64,000 bases of DNA from Leidyana gryllorum EB-2025a (Eukaryota; Protista; Apicomplexa), in NCBI GenBank assembly GCA_048772705.1, contig JBLWGC010000136.1, positions 1 through 64,000 on the forward strand, written 5' to 3'. The translations under genes and the position numbers were made by a program. Position 1 is the first letter of the stretch. Every line of letters begins with the position of its first letter. Of this stretch, positions 12,024-24,300 are shown in pieces. A model generated the notes under the pieces. It was not told where the DNA came from. It saw nothing but the letters and a program-made list of their open reading frames with translations, and did not search any database.

Positions 12024-14067
12024 CTAGCTCTCCATGCCTACACGCCTGTTGGTAAATCGCAATCCCAGATACCCCATGGCCCTCCAGAAAACTGCCATCA
12101 CCAACATGAGACCAATGTTGAACCATGGACTGCGGGGTTTCTCGACTCCCCAGCAGGTCTCCATCACACCCATATCGCGGTAGAAGTAGGAAATGACAGA
12201 GTTTAGACCATAACGAATATGCGAGATATGGCGGAACAAACCCCAGAATGGCCCAAGAGCGTCTTCTGTGATCATAAATCCGCTCACTAAAGTCAGGATG
12301 GTCAGCCCAAGAGGTGCAATGACACCCAACATCATTGGAGCGTTCACCAGCGAAGCTCCAAAGAAAATCCATCCGGTAGAGGCCCACGTGGCACAAAGTA
12401 AGTTGAAATAGAAGAACCACCACGCGGCAGCTCCGCTTGCTGCAAGAGAGAGCATAAGAGTCACATAGACCACCAAACTTACAGTACTGAACCAACCACC
12501 AAACGATGAAGGTGATCACCATGGGGTCGAGCGCTATAAATAGAAAGTCAGCTATGTGAATTGCAATCGCAAAGGCTCCCATGTGATACATCCCCCCAGC
12601 CACCTCTCTATTTAGTTGGGCCCGCATGAAGGGGAACTGAATATAGTGTCCAATGGCTCCGAAAGACACCGCCATCACGGGGAAAGTGCTTGCGCCCAGG
12701 AAGTTGAAGAAGCTCACACAATCTGTGGAGCTCTGAGGCTTAGCGACGTCGAAGAAAATGCCTCCATTCAGTAAAGCTTGAATTGTGTTTACAATGATCC
12801 TCACGATCGTCGTAGCCGGATCTCTCGATCGGTTCTTCGCACTCCTCCCAGTCAACGCAACCAGAGAGGTGATGAAGCGACCGACTGAATGTGCGACAGT
12901 CTTGACGGGACCGGGTGGAATGGGAGAAGGCGACGTCTCCATCGTTGTCACAACCTCCATTAAAGCTCGCCCTTCTGGGCTTCCCATGAATTTCGCCGGC
13001 ATCTCTCGCAGCTCTTCCTCTGAGGCCACGATCCGGCCTTCCGGCTCAGGATCCTCTGCCATATCCAAGCCCCGTCGGTCGAGCTCTCTCGGACTCCACA
13101 TAGCGTCTTTTGAGTGATCTCGACTGACCCGACCTCTACTCTGCTGGTCATCGGTGAGCTCAGACTTGTCTCCCGATGGTGTCAGCAGGTCTAAGAGGAA
13201 GTCGGCAGCGTTGAAGGTGGGAGGGCACGAAAATCCTATGGACTTAAGATATGCTGATGCCTGATCAGCAGGTCCATGATACACCAGCTCTCCACCGCTC
13301 AATAGACAGAGTCCATCAAACATCTGCCGGAACAATTGATTGGAGTCGAGGTGATTATGGCAGAGACCCACCTGAAAAATCTGTGAGCGGGGTTGGTGAA
13401 TGGTAGCTATCACCGTGCGGCCGGCCTTTGCCAACTGCCGCAAAATCTTAACCACGTCGAAAGCGAGAGATGAGTCAAGCCCACTGGTGGGTTCGTCCAA
13501 GAAGAGCAGTGGCGGATCATCGAGCAGCTCGATAGCGATACTCACTCTTTTCTTCTGTCCGCCCGACACCCCTTTTCGAATATGGTTCCCGATCAATACA
13601 TTCTGACATGCGGTCAAACCCAATGCTTCGATGACTCTCTCGGTACGGCCTTTCACCTCAGCACTGCTGAGAGACGCGCCACCTTTAAGACGAGCTGCAA
13701 AATGTATAGTCTCATAGACAGTCAGATACGGGAGCAAACAGTCTCGTTGCATTACATAACGACTGTACCCCGCAGCTTGTTGAGCATCCATTCTGTTGCC
13801 GTTCAGGTAGAGCTTCCCGTATGGCCTGACACCTCTTCGCAAGTGGGTTATGCCACCTTCGATTGGGTCCATCAGCTTGGGGTTTGTTCTGCCTGCTAGT
13901 ACGTTGAGCATTGTCGTCTTGCCAGAACCCGATGGCCCCATGATGGCGTACAGACTACTTCCAGGAACTGCAAGGTTCACATCTTTCAGAATCCGTTTAG
14001 GCTCAGCCTTTCCACCATTCACAGCAGCATAGCAGTTTACATCTCTGGCGAGTAGAGAAACTGTCAT
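12024..14067 (-). CDS. ABCG (White family) half transporter
   Basis: GPSGSGKTT, VSGGQKKR, LFLDEPTSGLDS and TIHQP, followed by a C-terminal TM domain. The likely ATG is 14067 (MTVSLL); the last exon is in ORF 12024-12476. Confidence 0.95.
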
Positions 14068-14084
14068 GGAGACGAACAAAAAAA

Positions 14085-16010
14085 ATGTGGGTTCACAGCC
14101 TTGTGGCTGCCTTCGGGGTCGTCTGTGCGCTACAGGCAGATGATCAGACGCACATCCATGAGGTGTTTGAGAACCCGCCACTGCCGTCTCATGAGTTCCT
14201 CGTACGACTGGAGAACCCCCGGTCAATAGTGTACTTTGATACACCCCAACGGCGTGACGCTCATACCGGCCTGCTGGAGTACTTGAGAGGTGAGTTGTTG
14301 TTGTATATCCGTCTCTACAGATGATCTTTGCGCAGCCGAGGGACACCACCTTGAAACCGCGGTGGCGAATGACACCTGGAAAGCAGACGGCATCGACACC
14401 ATAATCGTCATTGCCCATGACGTCCCCTCGCGTACGCCTATTTTCAGAAGCTGATACTCTCTTCCATAACAGGAGTTCGGGAACTTGTTGTGAATCACAT
14501 CGACCAACGCTGGCTGCTGCCCGATGCTTACCACCCAAATAAGAGGAGTAGTTTGGGTTTGCCCCCATCGGTCGTGCTGCTGGTCGATCAGGATTGCGCC
14601 GATCCGAAATTGTGTACTACCGAAAAGCCCTCCGCTTCTGCCACTGAGATGAGCAAGTTGACCAATCAGCTGGGCATGTACACTATGCCGCATCGGAGTG
14701 GCGCCCTGGGTACCAAAGACCGCAACCTTGCTGTCGTGGACTCAACTTCAGAACTCGCTTTTCGTGAAGTCTCTCACCCCACCATCGGCACCAGTGAAGG
14801 TGCGGCTTTACTCAAAGAAATTGCGGGCACCAAGGCGGCCTCGGGTCGAGTGCATCTGCTGAATGAAGAAAACAAGCACACCCAATCGCTGATAGCGCCC
14901 TCACTAGCACCGGTGGCTACCCCTGGAAAGATGGCCCCAGTGGATATAAGCAGTGCCACCCCTCTCGCTGGTAAGATCAAAATTCCGATACTCTACCATC
15001 TACTGCCACAGCCCTCGCTGAGAAGCAAAAGCAACTTCGTCCCACATCACGGGCCAGTGTGGTATCCTTGATGACAGGCACTCGATCTCTCGGTCGAGTG
15101 GCGATCGCTACTCTTCCCTACCTGTGTCAAGACGCTGAGGTCCCCAATCGAGTCTGCCAGTTCACAATGGACTGGGCTACTCACCGCCGAGGTACGTCAG
15201 ACTCGAGACTGTATACACTTTCTGCCAGATTTCACTACCTGGGCCAATTTACAGCATTACCGAGTCTCGAGCCCGCGCACATGGGATGAGTTCACTGGCT
15301 CACTCGTCAAGTCTGAGTGGAATATGGCAGATTTGAGCAGCATTGACATGAGTCGCCCATATTTGTACACCATCCGAGATGAGATAATAGTGTCCATAGA
15401 TTTGTACGACATCCGGCGGTCTAGCAGTGGCAAATTCGAGTGGAAACCGCGTCGTGCGTCTCCAATGGTGGAGATGGAGTATGCAATGATGGTGCCATAC
15501 GTCCGGAAACTGATGCTACCGAGTGCCCAACAGGCTCAAGCCTCTCCTTTGCTGAGTGCTTTGCACAAAGTTTACCACAACGACGGGGAACTGGCCAGTG
15601 CACGTGACCTTCTTCCCTTGCGTGTGTGTTCTGCAACGCACTGGGCCCACTTCAAGGTAAGAGTAGCCTATTCTTTGCCGCCACCACCAAATTCGGTTGA
15701 TCAGGCCCCAGTTCAGCATGGCATCTTCAAAGTAGCCTTGAGGAGCATTGCGGGCGACACTCCGCTGGATGTGGAAACTTTGGTGCCACTGCGAACGTAC
15801 AAGCATGACCAAGGTCCCCGGTTTATGGTTGCGGCGTACCCGTACTACGCCACTCTTATCATCGCAAGTGTAGCTTTCGGATTGCTTGGGATTGTGTGGC
15901 CGGCTATGGTCTGGGGTACTAAAGACGCAGAAGAGACGAAAGGAGGTAGTGTGGTTGATAAGGGGGTGAACAAGGCAGTGGAGAGTACCCTCCGATGCCG
16001 GAAAGATTAG
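14085..16010 (+). CDS. WBP1: oligosaccharyltransferase subunit OST48/WBP1 (divergent)
   Basis: N-terminal signal peptide. The C-terminal segments YTIRDEI, APVQHGIFKV and PLRTYKHDQGPRFMVAAYPYYA plus a TM helix match the DDOST/Wbp1 'RFIxxAYPYY' signature. Confidence 0.8.
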
Positions 16011-16061
16011 GCTGTTTTTTGAGGGGCTGTACGTGAGATGTATTGAAAACGAGGCGAAGCG

Positions 16062-18634
16062 ATGAATCCATCTTATGTAGCATCTCCTGGGAATGCTGTA
16101 CAAATACAGGCCTTCTCGGAAATAGCCTTGGTGAGGCCAGGCTTGGCCTCGGTCGACACAGGCGAAGACGACGAGCCTTTCACGCTGCATCTGAGTGAAA
16201 TAGATGGCGAAAACAGGTCCACTGTTATTGTGGGCTATCCTTTCCATGACATTGAGGTGACTATCAACTCAAGTGTGTCTTTCGGATGACGAGCGCTGCA
16301 GTTAGTTAAGAGGCTTTTGCTTAAGCGACTCGGCCTTCGTCGACGCTACAAGATTTCCGATGTAGAAATCCTATACAATGGAATCGAGATGCCCAATAGG
16401 CGACTCCTCAATTCATTCGCTTCGATCGCTGAGACGGAAGTACGTATGCGTTGGCGGCTGAAGGAGCGGATTTCGAAAGGCACAATGCTTCGTGGACTTC
16501 GCGAACGAGCTGGTACCAAATTGCATCCTAGACTCCAACCAATAGTAGAGGAAGTACACATAGCATTGCAGAAGCGTATAAACCCCAAGCTTACTATGGA
16601 AGGAACAGGTATGTAAATCTGGAGCTGTTGGTGTCAATCTCGCTCCAGGGGCAACCTATCTTTTGTATGATACACGGTCGAGACCAGTGGGCGTATTCAA
16701 ACCCAATGATGAAGAAGCTTTTGCGCCAAACAACCCCCGAGGATATGTGGGGAAGATGGGCCAACCGGGCTTCAGAGCTGGGGTATGGCATCCGAATGGT
16801 GGTGTTGCCGATTTGTCTGCTTTTAGGTGATGTCTGGCGAAGGAGCTACTCGCGAAGTTGCAGCTTTTTTGTTGGATGCATTTTATGGAGGCTTCAGCGG
16901 TACGTCGACACTCCAGAAACGCCCAGACAGTATGTCTGACAGGGGTCCCGGTTACCGTGCAAGTGGATATGATCCACCCTCATTTCTGCTATGACCCAAG
17001 CAACCCTCGGAAGATGCGCTTCGAAGACGATGCGGAGCTTTTCGCTGACGGACTTCTCAGAAAGAAGAAGAAGAAGAAGGATGAGGAGAACCCTGATTTG
17101 GCCCTGGCTTGGAAACAAGGATCTCTACAGGAGTTCGTGAACGCCCGTGACAGCGCCAGTGACTACGATCCTCGGATGTTCTGTGTCGGAGATGTTCATC
17201 GTGTTGGTGAGTAGATCAAAGATCTGCAGTGTTTGCATTCCCTCTCCAAAAGGCATTCTTGATATACGATTGGCCAATATGGATCGAAATGATGGGAATC
17301 TCTTGGTGGTGAAGAATGAGGATGTGGAGATGTACAGAATAAACGAAGAGTTACTGTATCCCCGGTACATGGAAGAGCGACCAGAGTATAAGGCAGCAGC
17401 TCTTATGACACCAGAGGACAAGGTGGCCAAGTGAGCTTAGCGCCTGGAGCGCGTGGTATCAACGACCATCTTTCAGGCTGCGGCTAATACCGATCGATCA
17501 TGGACTGACACTTCCGGACTGTCTGGACATTACGGATTTTGACTTGGCATGGCTTAACTGGCCTCAAGCCCATATGCCGTTGCTGCCTGCGGAAATAGAG
17601 TACATCCAATTGCTGCGGCCGGACAAAGACGCGGATTGGTTGTCTAATAAATTGGCTTTGAGGTAGTCCAGACGCATGTCAAGTGTGACACACACTTCCT
17701 CATCGATTTCAGGCCTGCCTGTTTGCGAGTAATGCAAACCACCACCCGGCTGCTCAAACGAGGCGCCCGACATGTAAGAAGATCTCCATTTACTGATATA
17801 ACCGGTTTTAGGGCTTGACCTTACATCAGATGGCAATGCTGATGGTCCGTTTATCACCGGGAGAACTGTCACCCCTCGAAAAGGTCATCAAGTTGTCTGT
17901 GTCGCAAGCCGCTTTTGCAAACTTCGCCACTTCTCTTGTCCACAAACGCGATCTGGGCATGAAGTATGCTATGGATCTAGCAGCCACTGTGCCGGTTAGA
18001 GAGACACCAGTAAAATCAGTAAACTGGCAGTACTCGTAAGCTTTCGTCAATGTATTGAGTGGCTGAGGACTTATTATGCCTTGGTTTCCACCCGAGCTCG
18101 AGTGATATGTACCACTCCTGATCTGAGATCCTGATCACCGATTGTGTTTACATCGCAGGGAGGATGAGTCACGCCAGGAAAGTGAGGAGCACTTCAAAAA
18201 CGGCGCGTCGGCAAGTAGCGAGGAACAGAAGGAGGGGGCAGGTGGTGGGCGACCACGGTCTAAGACCATGGGGCGCATTAGTCTGGGTGGAGGACCTGCA
18301 GGAGTGGGCAGCGATGTTGGCGGAAGTACTCGGCTCCGCAAGCTGAATTTCACAACTTGGAGGGAGTGAGTTTTTTCCGGCTACACCATGTTTGCATCAC
18401 GGGTTTCACGACAGGCGGGACGAAGCTGCAAGCTTGAATTCGCTGTGGACAGTTGTGGATAGCGGTGGCAGGTTGGTCACACCGGACTGGTCTGATGCTC
18501 GGTTCAAAAGGTGTGATAGTCATGAGTGGTTTGGATATAATCTCAATCTTAGGCTGTTCTTTGAGGCACTAGAGACGATGTTAGACTTCTTGATCAAGGA
18601 GAAATATAGACCGAAGGTGCCCGAAAAGCCATAA
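16062..18634 (+). CDS. type II (gamma-like) phosphatidylinositol 4-kinase with a probable N-terminal ubiquitin-like domain
   Basis: Spliced motifs VGVFKPNDEEAFAPNNPRG, REVAAFLLD, KQGSLQEFV, GILDIRLANMDRNDGNLLV and LIPIDHGLTLP. Confidence 0.9.
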
Positions 18635-18642
18635 AAAAAGCG

Positions 18643-18973
18643 ATGTTCTGGCAAACAGTGGAGGAGTACCGAGCAGAAGTGAGCGAGGCGATACTGCGCC
18701 AATTCCCATGCCCTGCCGAAAGCTTGGAGCGGACTTTGGATCGAACCTTGGGGATGAGCGAAAGTCCCCATTTTATGAAGCCGATCGCGAATAAGATGGG
18801 CAATGACAGTCTGGCAATCCAACTGGTGTCGAACCCCGCGAAATGGTTAGTGGCCAGCTCTCCTGTGCTGCTCTGACAACTTCTTCCGGTGCAGTGTAAT
18901 AGGAAGAAGTGTCCTGGACGGACTGGTGGACGAGTTTTTATCCAGCTCAGGACGCGATGGGCAGCAGAAATAG
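18643..18973 (+). CDS. small hypothetical protein (about 94 aa, 2 exons)
   Basis: ORF 18643-18876 joined by an intron (GTTAGT...GTGCAG) to ...CVIGRSVLDGLVDEFLSSSGRDGQQK*. It fills the gap between neighbouring genes. Confidence 0.55.
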
Positions 18974-18985
18974 ATAGGTCGCCCT

Positions 18986-20497
18986 TTATGGCCCTCCGTC
19001 TTGCTTCACGATGAGTTGGCCGTGACCCTCACGTCTGAAAAGTTGATTGAGCAATTCCACAAGCCTGCGTCGGTCGTGCCGCCTCTCCACTTCCACGATC
19101 AATGGAAAAGTGTGTTGGGCGAAGTACATGACTGCAACGCGGTCTTCCACATTGCTGAGCACACTGTTGGGCACATCACCCACTTTCAGACTTTGATCAG
19201 CTGCCAAATACGACTTCACTGCTCGTCTCCGTAAGTCGATCCACAGCAGCTGCCGTAGGTAGTATAGTTTCGTACGTCGTCTTCTCGTCAGTGTGATTGC
19301 AACTAAGGGGCCACTGTCGGTCTGGACCGCCCTGACTGATAAGACAAAGTCAGGTAGCAGTCTCACTCCGGGAGGGCCACGAACGACACATGCGCATGGT
19401 ATACCAGCTTCAACCGCGGTGATAAAAGAGTTGCCGCCAGTTCTGACTGTCGTCGGGACGGTGTCGGTGGTCTCCTCTTGTTTGGATTCGACGTTACTCA
19501 GCATAGCAGCAACAACGGCGTGGTTCTGACCCATCAGGGAAACCCTTCGAGTTAGACTTGCTCGTATGTCGTCCTCTCGAATATGAACCTGCTTGTTCGA
19601 CGAGGCCGGAACTGCGTCCAATGCCTTATGAGAGGGTGCTGCTTTACCCATCTCAGCGGTACTCCGCAGATTGTCGAGCGGGTGGGGACCTTCATTTGCC
19701 TTGAGGGGTACGTCGGCATCCTTGTCTGCGGAGGTGGACGCCTGCTTCGAGATAGCCCAGTGTAACTTGGTCCTCTTAGATCTGTGCAATGATTCGTGGC
19801 TGTCTACCGGCTTCAGAGCGGCTGTCCCTGGTCCATTCGACCTGGGGGTTCTTGAGGAAAGAGAATCTTTGTCTTCTTGGTCATTGACGCAGCCTTCGGT
19901 TTCTGGATGAGGTTTCAGAGAAGAACTGTACTCTTCAACCGAAAGTTTGCGGTCGATTACTATACCAACTACAATATCGGACGAGCAGATGCTATTTGAC
20001 TTGTTAGACGACTTGAGAACACTATGTGCTTTTGGCTCACTGCCGGGAGGAGACCGTTTTGGCGTGGGTAGTGGGGACAAGCGCGCCTGTGCGATACGTA
20101 AAGGCGGTGATCTTGATCGTTTAGAGGGCGTCTGGGACCTTGGGTGGGGGCTGTGCAGTCGAGACGTATCATTCTTTGGCGAATTCTTAGACGTCGGAGT
20201 GGAGCGGGTCAGTAGCGTAGCTAGCGAGGGGTTCAATCCGAACGGAGAGTACCCTTCTTGTTGAGCCAGCTGCAGCTCCCGCCTGCTTGAATGGTTTGGG
20301 CTCGCCATATGCAGATCAGGCGGAAGCAGTTCGAGCGGTGGCCCTGGGCAACACATCCGCTTGATCCAGTTGGAATCACTGGACTCAAGTGACTGCCAGT
20401 CTTGCCTGGAGCCGTGCTGAAAGCGGTTGCCCTTCCGAGGCCATGGCGATAGTCTCCCTCGCGACAACCCGAACGAGGGGGATACCAGTGTTGCCAT
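18986..20497 (-). CDS. Ser/Pro-rich protein with a C-terminal ISP-like PH domain (tentative)
   Basis: Uninterrupted ORF of about 500 aa, first ATG at 20497. The last ~130 aa look like a beta-sandwich with a terminal helix (VAVMYFAQHTFPLIVEV...RRRLVELLNQL). Confidence 0.65.
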   Translation of the reverse strand: MATLVSPSFGLSRGRLSPWPRKGNRFQHGSRQDWQSLESSDSNWIKRMCCPGPPLELLPPDLHMASPNHSSRRELQLAQQEGYSPFGLNPSLATLLTRSTPTSKNSPKNDTSRLHSPHPRSQTPSKRSRSPPLRIAQARLSPLPTPKRSPPGSEPKAHSVLKSSNKSNSICSSDIVVGIVIDRKLSVEEYSSSLKPHPETEGCVNDQEDKDSLSSRTPRSNGPGTAALKPVDSHESLHRSKRTKLHWAISKQASTSADKDADVPLKANEGPHPLDNLRSTAEMGKAAPSHKALDAVPASSNKQVHIREDDIRASLTRRVSLMGQNHAVVAAMLSNVESKQEETTDTVPTTVRTGGNSFITAVEAGIPCACVVRGPPGVRLLPDFVLSVRAVQTDSGPLVAITLTRRRRTKLYYLRQLLWIDLRRRAVKSYLAADQSLKVGDVPNSVLSNVEDRVAVMYFAQHTFPLIVEVERRHDRRRLVELLNQLFRREGHGQLIVKQDGGP

Positions 20498-20555
20498 ATT
20501 CCCAAATCTCGAAAACAATCATACAATATGTGCCATCTGTTCTAATTGCGAAATC

Positions 20556-20884
20556 ATGACCTTCAAGCAACACGATCTGTGAGTACATTGATTCCGCCCC
20601 CTACTATCTCCTATAGGTCCAAGCCCGCCGCTCACATGAAGGACGAGGCTCAAAAGTTTGCCCAAAAGGCGCACAAGGAGGCCAGCGGGCTTCTCAACGA
20701 AGAAATTGAAACTGCCAAAACACTGGGTCAACATGCGCGTGATAACGCCCGCATAGCTCTCCAAACCACTCTCAATAAGCAGTACTCCGTCAAAAGCTTC
20801 GCACTGCTCTTCTTGGTTCTGGCAGCACTGCTCTTCGTCCTTCGCAAGCTCTTCCGCGGCCGCCGTCGCGAGCGCACCGACTGA
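20556..20884 (+). CDS. small tail-anchored membrane protein
   Basis: MTFKQHDL, then an intron (GTGAGT...CTATAG), a helical region, a single C-terminal TM (FALLFLVLAALLFVL) and a basic tail. Confidence 0.65.
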
Positions 20885-20903
20885 TTCATTCAAACTGTCA
20901 ATG

Positions 20904-21281
20904 CTACCGTACCATCGAACTAAGCATCTTCCCAACGGCGCTACTGTCTTGTGCCTCCAAGTCTAATTCGCCCGCCATAGCTCTGCAGGTTCCGAGTGAG
21001 CGAGCATGCACACGCTCAACGTAAATTAATAAACTCACATTGAGTCTCCCCTGATCACAAGTGCCCCCATTGGCAGGCTGATCAGCCTGCCTTGTTCCAC
21101 CACCTTCTCCTCGCACTTCTCCAGCACTAGGTTGGCAGATTGATCGAAGCTCAGAAGAACTCCTTGGAAGAGCCGGCCTTCCGTCGTGAAAACAGACACT
21201 GTCTCTGCAGCCAGGTGTGGAAAGGTAGGTATCCGGTACCGGTAGCTTACGTTGGACAAAGCTAGCGAGGATGGTGGACAT
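20904..21281 (-). CDS. LSM8: U6 snRNA-associated Sm-like protein, LSm8-like
   Basis: Three exons: MSTILASFV / TVSVFTTEGRLFQGVLLSFDQSANLVL...GALVIRGDS / IAMAGELD, containing the Sm1 and Sm2 motifs. Confidence 0.82.
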   Translation of the reverse strand: MSTILASFVQRKLPVPDTYLSTPGCRDSVCFHDGRPALPRSSSELRSICQPSAGEVRGEGGGTRQADQPANGGTCDQGRLNVSLLIYVERVHARSLGTCRAMAGELDLEAQDSSAVGKMLSSMVR

Positions 21282-21310
21282 GCTCGAATGCCCAAATTTT
21301 TTCCTCTCCA

Positions 21311-24300
21311 CTACACCCCCTCCAACACTCCCAACATGCGTTCAACCCGCTCACAAAGTCTCTCAGCAATCGATCGCACCACTAACGTCCAGCCCGCCAA
21401 CGCATAATCAATGCCTTCAAACTTGACACCATCCACCGCAGGACGGTTCGACTCGCTCAAGAACGCCAGCCCCAGATACAACGCACCCTTCCAGACCGGT
21501 AAGATCGCGTCGAGAGGTAGAGCATGTCTAAAACACAATTTATCCAATCAAACAAAGTATCGAACACTTACTTAACCAGACCATATCCGAGCAGCTCTTG
21601 GTCAGGGACCACCATGAGCAGGTGATCATTGTGGACGCATAGATAGTGGGCATGGGGCTGCAATGTGTGTAGATCACTCACTCACTCACTCACGCACTGG
21701 CCGGGCAGCTAACCAAGTCTCACCTTCATTCGGTCGGCCGAAACTACCCGACAGGGGATGACCAGTTTATCCTTCGCATGATCTTCCGCAAAGTTGCCCA
21801 CACTGGTGAAATCTATCGTTTCGGGAGGAGTTTTGGGCGGTACTTTGTGGCCTGATCGATGGGCTAAGTGCACCAAACGGATGCGAGCGTCAGGCGCGAC
21901 CATATCAGAGTACGCCATTGCATCGCACATATTGGGTCCCAGCCGTTCAGAGCTGTAAAGGCCCGCGTCTCGACAGTCGTCGATCAGAAACAACAATTCC
22001 AGGATGCGTTCCAATGCGACTTTGGGAGACTCTCCACACCGCCGTCGTACCACGCCTTGGGGGGAGAGATTTGGTGGACATCAGACATTACTACTCACGA
22101 TCATATATGAGCCTGCGTCTGAGGGAACCCTCGACTCGCCGTGTGTTTTGGCTCAGAAGCTCAGCAGCGGTCATGGCTTGACGCATCTCAAATGTGAAGA
22201 TAGACAATGTTAGAATGGCCATCTGCGTGAGGGTGCGACTATCGCTTTTCGCCTCGTTGAGGGTTTCCAGTCGGGGCAGCCAAAGACGGCCCTTCAGAAT
22301 CTGAATTGCTTCCATTATTGCCAAAGGAGATTTCCCGGTCGTCACGCCTGGCTGCGTTCTGGCGAATATAAAGGGTAGGCGTGTCAGACGCTGCCCAGGT
22401 ACACAGGTCTGTACCAGGTTGTACAGAGGCCCAGGCTCCAGAGCAAAGAAGGACAATTCATCGCGCCAATACATGGCGAGCTGGATCTCTCGCTGCCGCA
22501 ATTCATCCTGCACGCTGACACCAGGGACTTGCAGAAGGGTACGAAGCAGAAGCCTCAGTGCTCGAATTTCGACAATTGACATGGTGTGGATGTAGAACAA
22601 ACTAGACCAAACTGACCAGAACCATTCCAATTCATCGATGTCTTCCCGTGGGAAACTCAGTCTCATCACATAGACTCCTCGTCGATGGGTCAGTGCATTC
22701 TCTACCTTGCTGTATGTGGCGTTGTGGAGATGTCTCCCTTGGATCTCCACCACCTTGTGGTCGGCCAAGTCTTCTTCAGGCTTGCGCCCAATCAAGGGGG
22801 GAGCTGACGCGGGAAAGGAACCCCCCAAGAAACCGAGAGGGAGCTTTGAGGCCTTTGGCTGCACACTGTCGGGCATAGTGATGCGAATCTCTACAGAGAA
22901 GACGTCAGCCGATGTGTGAGGCTCGTCGAATATATAGGCCGAGAGGTTGGACGAACTCCCACGAATAGACTTGGTGAGGTCCACAGCGGTGGGTGTGAGC
23001 GGCGAACCTGCTGATGATCACCTCTCAGAATGAGCAGTCGCATCACGGGCGTCTCTTACCTCTGTCAAGATTGACGGTGCCCATTCTGGGACTGGTGAGC
23101 AGTGTTGGGTTGCGTGGTGAGGCAGCCACGGGGGCGTGCCAGTCGCTGGGTTTCAATTTCACGATGCTCAGATATTTGGAATTGAATCGCGCTTCGCCAC
23201 CCGAGTTGTTGTTCATCCCCATCAGCAATTCTGCCAAGTCGTAGGCGAAGAAGCGAGCCGAGACGACTGCTTGTTGCATCCGAACAGCCGTGAAGGTTCG
23301 TTGCTCATGAGACGCGTTATCTATCACACTCTGGATCTCCTCGTGAATACGGGGACTCCTCACTCGAGACCACGCTTCGGTTCTAGCGCCGTGAGTCGGA
23401 TTTCTCACCAGGTGACCGTAATGAGTCATACTCTCGCCGTGACCGCAAAACTCCGCACATTGACGCACGGTGCCCCAGAGCTGCGCTAATACCAACTTGA
23501 GCAGATCACTTGTCTCCTTCTCTGCAGCGGTTCCCGCGAACCATACGCTGCTCGGCCAGGCAGTTGCACTCCGACAACAACAACATGTCCCGTCCGACGG
23601 ACGGTTGGCGGCCAACTTGGGCATCAGACTGCACAGTCTTTGGGGCATATTCGGTGAGCTGACTTACTGGAGGAATCCCATTCCATACACATGGCACATA
23701 ACAAATGCTGGCAGACTCGGCGCGCTGAGCAATAATTCTATGAGCATTTGAGGGATCGGCAGGCTCATTTTCTGAATCAGCACATTGACAAAGTGGACCT
23801 GCGACAACAACATACCAAGCGTACGCGCTCTAAACAAATGCGAGTTGCCACTGGGTCCAGCCGAAAACCTCGTAAATCCGTCACTCCCTGACCTGGAGAC
23901 CCATGCAGAGGAGCGCGTCTGATCTCCTTGGTGCTCTTCACGCACATTGTTGACCGTCTCCGCCGCCGTGCCGTCTTGAACGGTGAGCTGTTTCCCCTGG
24001 AGTCTGAGTCCTCGCTATCTTCCGGCGACGAAAGACCGCGACGTCGATTTGGAGTGGCCTTACGCCCACTTCGCAGTAAGTGAAGTGTGGACGATCTCGC
24101 GGTGACGAATCGAGATCTTTTGTTCGTGAATTTGGTCTTGAGCGATACGTCGCCTGGAAGTGGATAGGCAGTGATCGACCTAATACACACAGGAAGCACA
24201 AAGCGCTCCAACATATACGCCAACACTTTCTGCAAAGTCGAAGAAGGCCTTTTGCTCCCATACAACGGCTTCTCACCGCTTGTCTCGTTGGAGTCTTGAA

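Noticed and set aside
14068-14568. N-terminal 167-aa extension of the ABCG ORF
   Set aside because: It overlaps WBP1 on the opposite strand and has no ABC similarity. The start at 14067 fits better.
1-18634. Functional lipid-signalling cluster (INO1, flippase-GC, ABCG, PI4K)
   Set aside because: The genes have mixed orientations and unrelated genes lie between them, so this is probably chance adjacency.
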